DNA of 63,035 nt, counting the filler, from Lenisia limosa (lineage: Eukaryota; Protista; Breviatea), in the NCBI GenBank assembly GCA_001655205.1. It is 15 parts of 15 records of this genome, joined end to end, with 100 filler letters (N's around TTAATTAATTAA, not from the genome) between each part and the next. Parts side by side here need not be neighbours in the genome. Positions count along the whole stretch, not along the records: positions 1 to 6,123 come from LPNZ01010431.1; positions 6,224 to 10,943 come from LPNZ01002118.1; 13 more parts are not named here. The stretch is one strand, 5' to 3'. Position numbers and translations under genes: made by a program. A model generated the notes under the pieces. It saw only the letters and a program-made list of their open reading frames with translations, was not told the DNA's origin and made no database searches. Positions 1 to 11,043 of the stretch are shown here, piece by piece. Each line of letters starts with the position of its first letter. Positions within the stretch are counted from its first letter, which is position 1.

Positions 1-19
1 ATGTAACATATTATACCAT

Positions 20-175
20 ATAACCGACTTTTAAGTCGAGATGATGAACGAAGATAACATGAGGGTTTATCCCGGGTGTATCAGAGCATCACTGAGACTT
101 GTCGACCCATTATCACACGAGTGGGTATGAGGTATCATATCACTGCGTGGAAGAAAGTTCACTCGTAAAAATGAC
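20..175. repeat. Interspersed repeat family F
   Basis: The reverse complement aligns with 43930-44095 (CCACGCAGTGATAT..ACC...CCACTCGTGTGATAAT...CTGATACAC.CGG...GTGTTATCTT.GTTCATC). Partial copies lie at about 25205-25285 and 48820-48885. Confidence 0.7.
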
Positions 176-897
176 CAAAAAGTGATATAACTCTTCTAGC
201 TCATCGTTAAACAGAGATCTCACAACGTAATGCTTCTGACATATCCATATCTTTCATAATGTATGTGTGGAGGGTGGGGAGTTTAGGTATAGTACTAACA
301 AGTTACGTATTATTAACCTCCAAGCTGTGACACAAGTGCGTAAAGAAGCACAGTAACCGCATAAGACCTGGCATGGACTTAAGATAAAGCTCAATATATA
401 CATGACTGATATCGGGGAACTATGGATTATGCCAACCCCCCTACTGTAAACACACGGCGTCTACATTATTGCTGGAAGACGGATGAAATGATATAATTGA
501 GTCAAGCGTTGGTGTGAAGTTTACCGCCTTGGAAGTTAAGATTTGAGATTGTTTGTGGGTATCTTCCTCTAAGTGAGCATATATTATCTTGCAGCTGGTT
601 TAGACAAAAAGGGGGTGAAGATGAATACTACAACTTTTTGTTTTTATAAAATAATGCCAAAATAAGGTCTGAACTGAACTGAACTATATTACGAATATTG
701 CTTTTGTTTTTTTTCGTTTTTCTCTACTGTAGAATAAACCTAGTGGCAAAACATAAGTCCAGTTTTCAGATTAATACACTGTGCTATGATACAGGTGGAT
801 TTCTAAAAATAACAAAACACAAACACCAACAACCAAAGTAACTCGTTTTAATTATCAACCCATACATAACCACTTAAATACACCCTTAGATAAGAGT

Positions 898-1733
898 CTA
901 GCCGCGAGATTGCTCCTGGTTGTCCTCAACGCCAAACTTGCCGCCGTAGCCGCGAGAGAATTCGTTTCTGGAATTTTAATGTAACAAAAAAGGGCCCAAA
1001 ATCATCTCTGTTGCCTGACAACACGTAAAATCGGATAAATAATGAAACAAAAAAGTGGGGTTATTGAGGGGTACGGGGAGTACTCTTTGGAGAAGTACTG
1101 TTTTTGAATCATTATTGGGTTATCTGGGAGGGGGTCAAAGGGGGGAAGCATCAGGGGTCTATATTATTGGATTTTGTTTGTTTTCTTCTTTTCGATAACC
1201 TGCTCATATAATTCTATTTCAATTTATATGTCTGTCAAGAATCTTTTACAGCTGACAGAATGTTTTGAAATATATATATAAAAGAGCTTTATTTCAATCC
1301 AGCATACCCCTCCTTCTGGACTTCCTTATCCTGGTTCAAGGCTCTCTGACGAATCTCCTCAACTTAACAGTGATCAATCTCAAGATGAACAAGAACAGAT
1401 CACACAACACCACTTACGAGAGGCTTCCTCAACGACATCATCACCCATGGTCTCCTTGTTGATGAGCTTGGATCCCCAACGCTGTTCCTCCTCAGACACA
1501 TCGTTTACAAAGTCAGCTTCCTACAAAAGTAAAAACATACGGTGGAAAGAGTTAATCCCGTACTGGCTCCCTCAAACGGTTTCCCAGTCGTCATCGTCCT
1601 AAAATAATGAGTAAGCGGCAATAGAAAGGCTTTATGTGGTAGATTGTGTGAGAAACCAAAGAGTTCCCACCTCAACGTTCTGAGCAACGGCGTTGTTGCT
1701 GTGGGTATCCTTCTCGCGCACATAAATTGACAT
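898..1733 (-). CDS. Mini cortactin/HS1-like protein (N-terminal acidic domain plus one partial HS1 repeat), 103 aa, 5 exons, complete
   Basis: Exons 1733-1671, 1598-1578, 1520-1418, 1362-1308 and 967-898 are all GT-AG and phase-consistent (312 nt). They give MSIYVREKDTHSNNAVAQNVEDDDDWETEADFVNDVSEEEQRWGSKLINKETMGDDVVEEASLEEIRQRALNQDKEVQKEGNEFSRGYGGKFGVEDNQEQSRG*. DDWETxxDFVNDVSExEQRWG and GYGGKFGVE match the cortactin N-terminus. Confidence 0.88.
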
Positions 1734-2596
1734 CTTAAACTACTTTAGAAGCGATTTTTGAAATTATTGTTTGCCTTTATACTATATAATGCCTACCAAG
1801 AGTTGACTCTTTCTCCAAATTCGTAGATTTTTGTGGCCTTTCGCTCTCCTTATCCTCTAAAAGTTCTTATAATAGCGTAAAATTTAGCAAACCGTCGGCA
1901 ATTTGAGGCAACCACGATTCACTCCCCAAAACCAAGTAAAGGGTGATCTTTTGCGAGTCCTATTGGGCTGACCCCTTTCATGACATGACAGACCATCTAT
2001 TTAAATAATAAAAATGTATATTTGTACAATATATGCTTGGGAACTGAGTTAATGCTCCTGTCACTCCTGTCTTCCCTTCACTTTATCGTACTGTAATTTG
2101 GAACAACTCAGCTGTGTACTATTAACCATAGAATAAGAAGTACTATAGGTTCATTATAAACCTGTATCATTATACTTAATTACATGAAGGCATGACATAC
2201 ATACCTTGTTTTACTTCACCCTTCGCCTAATTTTTCCAATTCTACCCCCCCCCCCCCNNNNNNNNNNNNNNNNNNNNNNNNNNNNNNNNNNNNNNNNCCG
2301 AGGCTTTTTTCGGTAGGAACGCATTTTATTTTCAACATGGTTATGGTAATCATGGGGCCGCGGTGGAAGGGGAGGGGATCTTGCTCATGTTTGATATAAT
2401 GTAATAGTACTCAGCTTTGTAATACAAACCTTCACAAAATAATATGCAATATTTATTGTTTAGATGTCTAATTCACTCAAAAAAAATGACCGTGTTCAGT
2501 GTTGACCTATTTTTCTGAGTGCAAATCCAACAAATTTTAACCTAATCTAATAAAATATTAACTTATTCCAATATAACATTAACCGCAAAGGTGACG

Positions 2597-5500
2597 ATGG
2601 AGGAAAGTTCGGGGTCTCGTCTGAGGAAAGTGGCGGTTCTTTTCTTCGTCTCTGTCGGCCTCTTCATCTCTGTCCTAAGGGTGGGATGCTGGGGGGGGCA
2701 GTGTATGTCTGTGTTATCCCCATGTGGTATATAATATCACTTTCAATCTTTGTAATTAGTTGTACAGTTACATATGGTGTCAATAGTGGAAAGATATATG
2801 ACTGTAACTTAGATATACTTACTGTTGTATGGGATGATTGTTGACCCCGTTGCCCCCTGACCCTGTAGTATGCCAACCAAGGTCCTGTGGTGTACAAATC
2901 GATAGGATACCCCCCAGAGCGTGGTGCTGCCAAAACCATTCTTGTTACGGGTGTGGCCAGCTTTCTTGGTAAACAGGGAATGGGTATTAGTTGTTTTGTT
3001 TTGTTTCTGATGGTCGTTGTTACAAGATACATGACACAAGTCTTGACTGATTTTCCTTGGGAAAAAATCTTTGAGCAAATCGGTCAAGACTTATCCCGGT
3101 CACTGTATAATTATATATACATATCATATACAGTACCAGAGTCCCCTTTCATTTTTTTGTCTTTTGTGTTGTGGTGGGTTTTGGCTCGTGAATACTACCT
3201 TGAGCCAGTATTCTTCATCATTTCCTTGGTTTTACACAAGTATTGTCTCTCCTCTCATTTTTGTACCTATTGAACCCAAATAGTAGCTTAGCCTGCAGTG
3301 ATGTAGAAGCGGCTGCCCTGGGATTTGTTTCATTTTTTGTTTGTTTTTAACCCTTGTGTTTTTCAAAGCCAACACAGTTCCATAAATTTATTCACCCCCC
3401 TTTCGCCGATATTCTTNNNNNNNNNNNNNNNNNNNNNNNNNNNNNNNNNNNNNNNNNNNNNNNNNNNNNNNNNNNNNNNNNNNNNNNNNNNNNNNNNNNN
3501 NNNNNNNNNNNNNNNNNNNNNNNNNNNNNNNNNNNNNNNNNNNNNNNNNNNNNNNNNNNNNNNNNNNNNNNNNNNNNNNNNNNNNNNNNNNNNNNNNNNN
3601 NNNNNNNNNNNCTTGGAGTTTACACACAAACTTCGGTTAGCCTGGTTGGTGATGTTAAGTTCTCATGAAACTGGTCTCTTAACTACACATTTGGAGCCAT
3701 CTAACCGTTATTGGAGCTTTTTGATGCAACTATCCAAGATCTCCCCCCCCCCTATCTCTTATATTCCCCCAATAGGACCCACTTGAGGCTTCCAGGTTGC
3801 AATTGCTAAAAAAGGACAATGTGAAGGTATGATATTATAATAGTGCTATTTTCTTGGATATTACCTCATAGTAGTATTGTCCATAACATTGCACTAACAT
3901 ATTTGAATGTCAAATTCCATCTTGATCAATGCTTTGTTTAACCCTCATTTTCACTAGGTGGAAGATATCAACCTCTGTGACACGGAGAGATTTGGCTCAT
4001 ATGTCAAGGATCACAAGATCACAGACGTGTTGTACCTTGATGAAAAATGTGGGGATCTTTGTTTCTGAGAAAAGAAGAATATATTCATATTAATCATTTG
4101 TAATTTCCAGTGCTGTACGCAATTTAGTTTTCGAAGATATCTTAACCGATTTTCCAACCTGTTTCTCATTGTATCAGCTGGAGCCTTAGATAGCATGGTC
4201 CACTCCAGTGCCTTCATGGATCAGAATGTCATTTGTTTCAATAGGGCGCTTGATGTGAGCATTCGGAGGTTTCTTTCAGTAAGGCCACTGTCACAACAGT
4301 CTTCATGTGTCTGGCATCTGCAAGGCAAATAGAATTGTTGTTTAGTACCATAGTTTGTGTGAACGACAGTTAGCAAGATCCTGCTACCTTTTACCTATTT
4401 AGGCTCTCAAAGAAGCGCCTGATGTGTTTTTAACTTATTCATCTTCCCATTCTGGTGAGTGATTCACTGCCTTTGGAAAAAGACCATATTATATGATATA
4501 TTTCGATATTTGTGAATCGGATCTTTTCAGGGGAAACCCTCTTGTCTTTTTAATAAACAATCCCTTCTTCACTGTGAAAAAGCGACTGGCTTGGGCTTTT
4601 CTTTTGTTGTGTTCAACCCGTATGTGTTTCTTGTGAATGTCGTTGATTTTGGACTTGTTTTTGTTTCATAAATTTTTATATTATTACTCTCCCCCTCCCC
4701 CATCACCAGTTTACGGACAAAACAGCAAACTTCCGCTTTCAGAGTCCAACCACATTGGAGACCAGAAATCGTGGGGAGGGGGGGGGGGGGNNNNNNNNNN
4801 NNNNNNNNNNNNNNNNNNNNNNNNNNNNNNNNNNNNNNNNNNNNNNNNNNNNNNNNNNNNNNNNNNNNNNNNNNNNNNNNNNNNNNNNNNNNNNNNNNNN
4901 NNNNNNNNNNNNNNNNNNNNNNNNNNNNNNNNNNNNNNNNNNNNNNNNNNNNNNNNNNNNNNNNNNNNNNNNNNNNNNNNNNNNNNNNNNNNNNNNNNNN
5001 NNNNNNNNNNNNNNNNNNNNNNNNNNNTACAAGCGGCATTATAATTTAACTTTTCAGAGTGTATGACTTTAACCATATTAGAGAGTATAAATGTAACGTT
5101 TTAGAGTAAGTGGCATTACAATTCAACTTTTTAGAGTATATGGGGCAACGATGCGATCGCGCGAGTTATTAGCCACGTCATACAGTCACATGTTCGGTCT
5201 TCATTCAACTGGTAAGGGGGGTGGGACATTTGTTGTGTGTTAGCATTCAATAGGTGAATGGAGGAATCTGTTTTGTGTTAATTTGCTTAACTGCTGTTTT
5301 GTTTTAGTATGCTTAACTGCTGATTTCCAATAATACTACACCGAGGTCAATGTATTTGTTCATCAGGTAGACGTGGTCCATCTTGTAGCCATATCACTAG
5401 GGCTTCCCTGCGTTCCCAAAAAAGACCGAATCTCTTGATAAATCTTCGATAATTATCGATATTGTGACGGTCTTTTTCGGACCGTAGGGAAGCCCACATA

Positions 5501-6123
5501 TCACCCCTCCCTCTACTTTACCACGGTAAAATTTTTCAAAATCAAGCCCCAGAGAAGACACTTAATATGCTGTAGGTCTTAGACTCTTCCCAATTTACGG
5601 TCCCCTCATGCCCTTTGCAAACCCTGTTTTCCAGCAAATTGACAGAATAGTAGGCCGGGTCAAATTATGGTGAATGGAAGATTGATTGTTTTTTTTTTCA
5701 CATATTTCACAAAGGGTTGTTGTCTTATTATTTTTCGTTCCCCGTTACCGCATAGCAATTTTTTTTTGTTTTCGATTTGAGATTATTATCTTTAAGCCAA
5801 AATTTACATCGAAAGAAGAAATTGTATAATATGTTTTATGTTTTCAACTCTCTTGTGTTTTTCAAAGTTTAGCCAACAGAACTGTTTTTGTTTTGTTTTT
5901 TATTTCTTCGTATGTTTACCCCCTCCCCCCTTTCCACCGTCTGCTTCTTCAACATTTCCTGTTTTATTGTGGGTTTTTTGAGTCAAAAATCTCCTCTTCA
6001 TTTACCCTTTACCCTACAGATGCACGCCAAGCCCATCAGCTTGGTAATGGTAATGGGACGGGAGATTGGCAGTGATTTGACGTACATCGACGACGCTGTC
6101 CGAGCCGTGGTCAGTGCTCTTGA
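2597..6123 (+). CDS. NAD-dependent epimerase/dehydratase (extended SDR), UDP-glucuronate 4-epimerase-like, with N-terminal signal anchor; 3' truncated
   Basis: Collinear exon peptides: MEESSGSRLRKVAVLFFVSVGLFISVLR (2597-2680), KTILVTGVASFLG (about 2932-2968), TYSSSHS|VYGQNSKLPLSE (4390-4770), LRLFPIYGP (about 5577) and DLTYIDDAVRAVVSAL (6020-6123). The order matches plant/bacterial GAE motifs. Some exons fall in N gaps. Confidence 0.8.
3036..3105. mobile_element. Tc1/mariner-type MITE (family C), left end decayed
   Basis: CAAGTCTTGACTGATTTT...AAATCGGTCAAGACTTATCCCGGTCACTG-TA. Confidence 0.6.
5398..5496. mobile_element. hAT-type MITE (family A, subfamily A2)
   Basis: TIRs TAGGGCTTCCCT...AGGGAAGCCC(T)A with a perfect 8-bp direct repeat CATATCAC on both sides. 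Confidence 0.8.
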
Positions 6124-6223
6124 NNNNNNNNNNNNNNNNNNNNNNNNNNNNNNNNNNNNNNNNNNNNTTAATTAATTAANNNNNNNNNNNNNNNNNNNNN
6201 NNNNNNNNNNNNNNNNNNNNNNN
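6124..6223. other. Artificial scaffold-joining linker (44 N + TTAATTAATTAA + 44 N), first of 14
   Basis: Identical 100-nt linkers start at 6124, 10944, 21078, 22416, 28597, 36585, 39047, 43486, 49887, 51161, 54658, 57431, 58857 and 61554. The 12-mer gives stops in all six frames. Confidence 0.97.
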
Positions 6224-6689
6224 GGGGGGGGGATATTTCAAATATTACTTAAGAATAGGGCGGAAAAGATAGCACAAACCGAGTGGCCACACCTGATGGT
6301 AGTTCAGACCATTAATTGATTAAAAGGGCTTATTCGAGTCATTTTTGACTATATTAGGTTGAAGCTCTCGTGAAAAGTTTTTATGTTGTCTTGTTTCTCT
6401 TATTTTAGTTTTGAAATACATTGTTTACTCTATTATCCATCGTTTCCGAGACGAAAAGTACACTTAGACGGAACAAAAAGAAGACATCCTCAAAATCAAG
6501 ACATTTTTCAAAAACTGGGCCCCTTTTTATTCCTGGACTCCTTTTTATCCACTGGGCCCCTTTTTATTCACTGCCTGTATGTCATTAATATTCAGCAGAA
6601 AAACAAGTTCAAAAATATTGAAGGTAACATTTTTTCAGCATATCACCCCCCCCCCCCAACTTTTGTCAAGAACTGGGTATCACACAAAT

Positions 6690-8108
6690 GCCTGCGAAGT
6701 TTCTCTCCAGTGTCCTAATAAATCACCGGTAAAGAGTTGTTGTAAAATTGTTTGGTGGTTTAATAATGGATAGTGAATTGAGCTAAACAACAATAAGATC
6801 TACAAGCGCTCAAGGAAAGCATATCATTTTTGAGTCAATGGTTCCTGAGGCTAACCGAACTTGTGGACCCTAGGCCTTCAGAAATCCTCTCCAGAAGCAT
6901 GTGGTTAAATTCAGTCGCGTCTTGCTTTGAAGTGAACAAAGTGAAAGAAGATTTTAGTTCTAGTGTTAGCAATAATAGTTTGATGTGGTAAGTCTTGTCC
7001 GAGAGAATCAGATTGTTTTTAGGAGAATCAGTCTTGAACCTCGGTCACTGTCTATCACAGGAAAGTCAAATAAACAAACAAAGCAGTTGACAACCCCTTC
7101 CCCCCAACCTGGCTGCCTATTTCTATGGGTTGATCAGTGGTATCCAAGAGAGCCTTGAATACGTCTGCGGGAGAGGTACTCCTAGGAGAGGGTATTCAGA
7201 CGTGGTAATGGGAAATAAAGACAAAACGGTTAAGCTGTTGGTTTTAGCCAACTGTAGTACTGTGACCCAATTATTTGTTCTCCACAGATACGAGTAGCTC
7301 CCCCATATAATATACTTACTGGTAAAGAATATTTACCAGAAGCTGCACATAAGACACAAATACAAGTTGTATATTACATTCAACCACAGCCCCCGACAAA
7401 CATTTGTGATGAGAACTCTAGGAAAGTAAAGAGCTGCGCGATGCTTTGGACTAACTGGTTCATTGCATTCTTCTAGACCATTGTCAGAGCAAGGACTGGT
7501 TCAGGCCACTTATAAAGTCTCCAAAAGATGAAATCAGTCAAAAAAATAATCATATTTCAACCAGTCTTTTTAGAGACCAAAGTGACTGAAAGTGACAAAC
7601 GGCATCCCAATACGTTGAACAGGTTATATTTACCGAATATTTCCCGAGAGTAAGGATCCACAGACATCGGAGGCGGCCTCAAGAATAGCATTTCTTAGCA
7701 TGGGAATGAAAAAGTAGCTCTGGAGATAGCCGCTGGCATAACATGTGTTGCCCATGTTGTCAAGACCGACTGGAAGACCGTCTTTTCTCTTCTTCAGTCG
7801 TGGGTCAGCTGGCTTGAAGGCTGCTGCCGGAACTGATGGTCAGCACAGAACTGAAGCCATTGATACCTTCAGATTTGCAAAGAAGTTAAGTATTTCACTC
7901 AATTCTTCATAGAGCAAAGGAAAAGGGTTTTCAATATTGATAAACAATAATAAAACAATTATCATGAAGCATGTACTTTATCCTCTACCAATAACACTCT
8001 TACTTGTCGACATAGGCTTTTCGGTGAGTGACAAGTCGATAGCTCTTTGTAACTCGGGGTCATGTTCCTCACCCTTTGGCTTGTTGTCGAAGTTATCCGG
8101 TGCTGTGT
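6690..8108 (-). CDS. Ubiquitin-specific protease (peptidase C19) with a UIM, USP25/28-like; partial
   Basis: Minus-strand exons read HDPELQRAIDLSL (UIM, about 8020-8065), PVGLDNMGNTCYASGYLQSYF (Cys box, about 7700-7775) and IEIGSQ|QDATEFNHMLLERI (QD box, about 7100 and 6900). The His box is not within this scaffold. Confidence 0.85.
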
Positions 8109-8289
8109 CTGCAATTTCATGAGCGAAGTCATTTGGCAGGTATGTAAAATTTCATGTTTATCAAATAAATTTACAATGAATGAGAAACAAATATGATGTT
8201 ATTCGGATGATGGTGGTTTAATCATATGATATCATATCGATCATATGTACTATTATGATATCATCATTGCAGATGTTGAACACCCCAAA

Positions 8290-10430
8290 CAGTTGACCCG
8301 GTGCTTTGCCGTGTCTGCTCCCGTGCTAAAGGGTAAAATAGAATACGTGGCGCTCAGAAAAAATGAGAAGGGGTCATTATTTAGGCAATTGCATACTATG
8401 AATGATCAGGAGCCGGCGTGTAAAGATTTGGGCTCTGAAAGGATTAAATCATTTTAAACCTCCACGAATAACAACACAGAAATGCAAACATAACTAATTA
8501 CACACCTGAGATAGGTAATGGTCTGAACTGGACGTCTGGGGGGGGGGTGTAAGATAGGTAGCAAATGGCATTGGTAATTGTTAATACAATCTCATCATGA
8601 GGTATGAAGATAAGAATTAGCCCCTCCTTTGGGTGTTCAATACAGCCTCCACAGTACTTGATAACTTGAATAACTTGCGGTTCTGGGGGTATACTTGTCT
8701 TCCTAAAGAGTAAAAAAATCCAACAAAAACAGCATTACTCAAAGGAAATATACTAAGTGATGTCAGCAGTGATGAGGCAATTCATTGCAGGTGTATGTTT
8801 GTGTTGAATAGAGTGACAAAAAGACTTAGTTTCGCCTCTACCAAAGTCACCCAAAGCAGAGTACTTTGACTCAAAAAGTAGAAAATTGCAATAGTAAGGG
8901 GAATTGAATAGTGCAAGCTTTAGAAGATGACCCCATGGTGTAAAAAACCTCCACGTACTTGAGAATTTGAATTTAAATAGCTTCGGGTGCTGGAGCTGGG
9001 GGTAGGCTTGTAATCCTAAGTCGTTAACTCCAAAAAAACATATTCGAGGCAGTTATAACTTGTATTTCTCGAATCAAGTTCCAAAAATGGACTGTTTCGC
9101 CAAGAGCACCAAAATATAAGCAATAACCCAATACTGTTCATGCACTTGAAACCAACACCAGTAGTTATATTACCACCACCCCATGATTGTGATCACCCCC
9201 TCCCCTTACTTGAAAAAGTGCAGCGGTTGAAGAGGTAAAGTAATAAGGCTACGATGTCACAATCCAAACTCAAACCGCCTCTAACTACAAATACCATTCT
9301 GTTGTCCGCTATATAAGACAGGGAGACGAAGAGTATCAAAAAGCATTATACCTACATCAACATTCGAGGCCTTCTGACTCTCAGACTTCGGCTGTGGTTT
9401 CTTTTAGGTGAATTGATATCTAAGAAGAGAATGGTCCAGAAAAGGGAGATAAGATTGGGGGATACAAGGGTAGTAGTTCTAGCTTTATCTTACAAATAAA
9501 TAACAAAAAGGGAAAGTTGGGTTTATTCATTAATCGTGCTACAAAACTGTTCATGCATATTACACCGTTATTTTTAACTAAATGTGTTTTTTTTTCCGAA
9601 AAAAAAGTGCCCAAAAACCGGTTTAAAGTCATTTTTGAGCTAGTCAGCGACTTTATATTTGTGCTCATCCCTAGAAAAACAACTTCGTGGTAGTGGAAGA
9701 GGATGCAGAGGAGCAATCTAAATAGTCCGTTTCAAGATACAACTCTTGTGTGTAGTCTTTCTTGTATAATATAATTTCTCTATCACTAAGTTGGTTTACA
9801 CATATGATATATAATTATGTACATCTTGCAACTTGTGTGTTTGTTACAAAACTAGGTTTGCTTATTCATTTTGGGACTCCAAACATTGTTTTTATAACTC
9901 TCGAAAAAAAAAAACACATTTAGTTAAAAAAACACATATTTATGAACGGTATGAAATGCAAATGATGAAACACGCGGATACGTGAAAAGAAAAACGTGAA
10001 AAGAGCCCACCATTCTGTGTTTATTGAAGGCCTCCAATGCGGATGCTAAAGAGTGACTGAGAGACATGCCAGTGAAAAGTTGAATGTATGTTTTGGAAGC
10101 AAAAAACACTCAAATGAGTTACAGCCTACTTTGTTCTAATTGGAGAATATTCCTGTCAATATGTTCAAAGTTGTCTTTGGGATATAATTGCTGGAGAAAC
10201 TTCAGGTTCTAAGTAGATTACAGGCAAAATGTGGAAGTCAAGTCATCCAGAAAACAACAAAAGGCTCCCAATGTTGTCATTATAGGTTCAGTGTCCGTGA
10301 TTAGTCTTGACTGACAAATTTCTGTTAAAAAATCGGCAAAGACTACCACAGTCATTATACGCTTGTGCAACTATCAATATCTTAAGAACACAAAAAGGAA
10401 GACAATGAAATAATGGATAGCCACGAACAT
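8290..10430 (-). CDS. Probable further short exons upstream of the USP exons (USP N-terminus or a separate gene), product unknown
   Basis: Several AG...GT-bounded open segments, e.g. NLKFLQQLYPKDNFEHIDRNILQLEQ (about 10125-10205), ASALEAFNKHRM (about 10010-10045) and ALLLYLFNRCTFS (about 9210-9250). No domain recognised and splicing not fully resolved. Confidence 0.35.
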
Positions 10431-11043
10431 CATCCTCCAGTGTCATTTTGTGTCCACTGTTTTCGAATCTGACTAGAAATTGTCAAGGAAGACGTAAAAA
10501 GGTTGGGGATTTAGATATCCTCGTTGCATGCAAGGTTCAATGAATGTACGCCTGTTATTGATAGCAACACTCACATAAGTCCAATTTACGCTTGTTATTA
10601 TGTTATTATGATAGCAACCCTCACTTAAGTCCCCAAAATACCGGAATCGCAGTTGGATCAATCAGATATGTTTTTAACGCTACCAAAACAATGACGGAGA
10701 GGTGATCTGTTCAAAGAAGGTCCTGCTCGAGCTAAGCTGCTTCGCCAATTCAATCCAAAAGAGGGGGAAATGATCCAGGGGAGGAAGGGGTTCAATTTGG
10801 TAAATTCTCTCGAAATTATCGTTTATTATTATGCGCAATAAAAGTTATTTACTTGAGTGATAAAAAGTGCAGCTTGTTTCCGTTGTTCAGGGGGCCACAG
10901 ACCTGGGGATTTTGAAGATCCCCAGATCTCTGACAGATCTCTGNNNNNNNNNNNNNNNNNNNNNNNNNNNNNNNNNNNNNNNNNNNNTTAATTAATTAAN
11001 NNNNNNNNNNNNNNNNNNNNNNNNNNNNNNNNNNNNNNNNNNN

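Noticed and set aside
5398-5496. MITEs as intron-creating (introner-like) elements
   Set aside because: In the copies I checked, element ends lie inside introns and do not coincide with splice sites.
6168-6179. Recurrent TTAATTAATTAA palindrome as a biological motif or array repeat
   Set aside because: It is always centred in exactly 44+44 N, so it is an assembly linker.
6790-6990. Plus-strand open segment ending in a good GTAAGT donor
   Set aside because: It is antisense to the USP exon QDATEFNHMLLERI, which has clear family support.
8981-9002. Plus-strand LRVLELG, resembling a methyltransferase motif I
   Set aside because: No continuing GxG exon or other motifs were found, and surrounding splice signals favour the minus strand.
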